64,000 bases of DNA from a virus (taxonomy: Duplodnaviria; Heunggongvirae; Uroviricota; Caudoviricetes). The notes beneath the pieces were generated by a model. It was not told the origin of the DNA. It made no database searches and saw nothing but the letters and a program-made list of their open reading frames with translations. The position numbers were made by a program, and so were the translations under genes. Numbering within the stretch: position 1 is the stretch's first letter; the number at the start of each line of letters is the position of its first letter. Shown here in pieces: positions 63,893 to 64,000 of the stretch. The stretch lies in the IMG/VR virus record IMGVR_UViG_2630968876_000001, positions 1 to 64,000 of that record; one strand, given 5' to 3'.

Positions 63893-63914
63893 CCAGTTTG
63901 TAATTTGCAGGCGG
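63893..63914 (-). promoter_or_regulatory. late-promoter-like motif (CCAGTTTGTAATTTGCAGGCGG)
   Basis: Motif family member 38 bp upstream of the 63855 start. Confidence 0.4.
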
Positions 63915-63950
63915 AGAACAAGAAGGGAATTTATATACATAGTTTCTGAT

Positions 63951-63970
63951 TAATTTATTTAGAAACCATG
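63951..63970. promoter_or_regulatory. C1-operator-like motif (TAATTTATTTAGAAACCATG)
   Basis: Shares TAATTTATTTAGAA with the copy at 4143; followed by tttttgtatattttgg, also seen at 20300 and 27975. Confidence 0.3.
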
Positions 63971-64000
63971 TTGCAGTTTTTGTATATTTTGGCTTATAGT

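Larger units (their letters stand above)
1..64000. mobile_element. Segment of a P1-like phage-plasmid genome. It carries immunity, packaging, partition, antirestriction, lysis and myovirus structural modules.
   Basis: Co-occurrence of Cre/lox, C1-like repressor, PacA/PacB-like terminase, DarB-like giant MTase-helicase, lambda R-like endolysin, spanins, sheath/tape-measure/tail-fiber genes, and plasmid partition ParM. No integrase or transposase seen. Confidence 0.75.

Noticed and set aside
1-64000. CRISPR arrays, IS elements/transposases, integrase with att site
   Set aside because: No regularly spaced direct repeats with spacers and no transposase or integrase-like ORF seen. The tRNA-like elements are not accompanied by an integrase, so they are not treated as att sites.

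Overview
This window reads as a large segment of a temperate phage-plasmid related to coliphage P1 but strongly diverged from it. It contains several accessory insertions.

P1-like landmarks recognisable by eye:
- A Cre-like tyrosine recombinase (4177-5208, minus) with a lox-like 13-8-13 site 34 bp long, about 200 bp upstream (5410-5443).
- A C1-like immunity repressor (5805-6893, plus).
- PacA/PacB-like terminase subunits (6948-9793, minus). The 5' part of pacA contains a 12-bp-phased cluster of TGATCA (Dam) hexamers typical of a P1 pac site.
- A 2290-aa DarB-like N6-adenine methyltransferase plus SNF2-type helicase antirestriction protein (21048-27920, minus), followed by a probable portal gene.
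- A RepL-like replication gene preceded by direct repeats and a coupled leader ORF.
- A lambda R-type endolysin, then a Dar-operon-like block: holin, antiholin-sized gene, a 718-aa PE-repeat protein and a 970-aa HExxH protein.
- A minus-strand myovirus morphogenesis module from about 41.4 to 63.9 kb: tail fiber assembly protein, 1126-aa tail fiber with a collar-type C-terminus, baseplate proteins, a 1275-aa tape measure, sheath, major capsid, overlapping i-spanin and o-spanin, and a PAAR-like protein.

Partition is by an actin-type ParM system rather than P1 ParAB.

Non-P1 content and the most unusual features:
- The genes downstream of cre (1-4100) replace the P1 res/mod position. They include a dUTPase with an odd C-terminal tail.
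- A coding-poor island (13.4-17 kb) carries three tRNA-like elements with aberrant anticodon arms, flanking a small-membrane-protein plus SPFH-lipoprotein operon. This is the most unusual feature of the window.
- A conserved element of the form GGAGTTTGTAATTTGC lies 40-60 bp upstream of six minus-strand operons. It is interpreted as an Lpa-type late-promoter motif.
- A second motif family of the form ATTTATTTAGAAWTRTGTG resembles the P1 C1 operator consensus.
- An AT-rich plus-strand insertion encoding a secreted protein sits inside the structural module.

All calls are by eye from the sequence and ORF track; no database searches were run.
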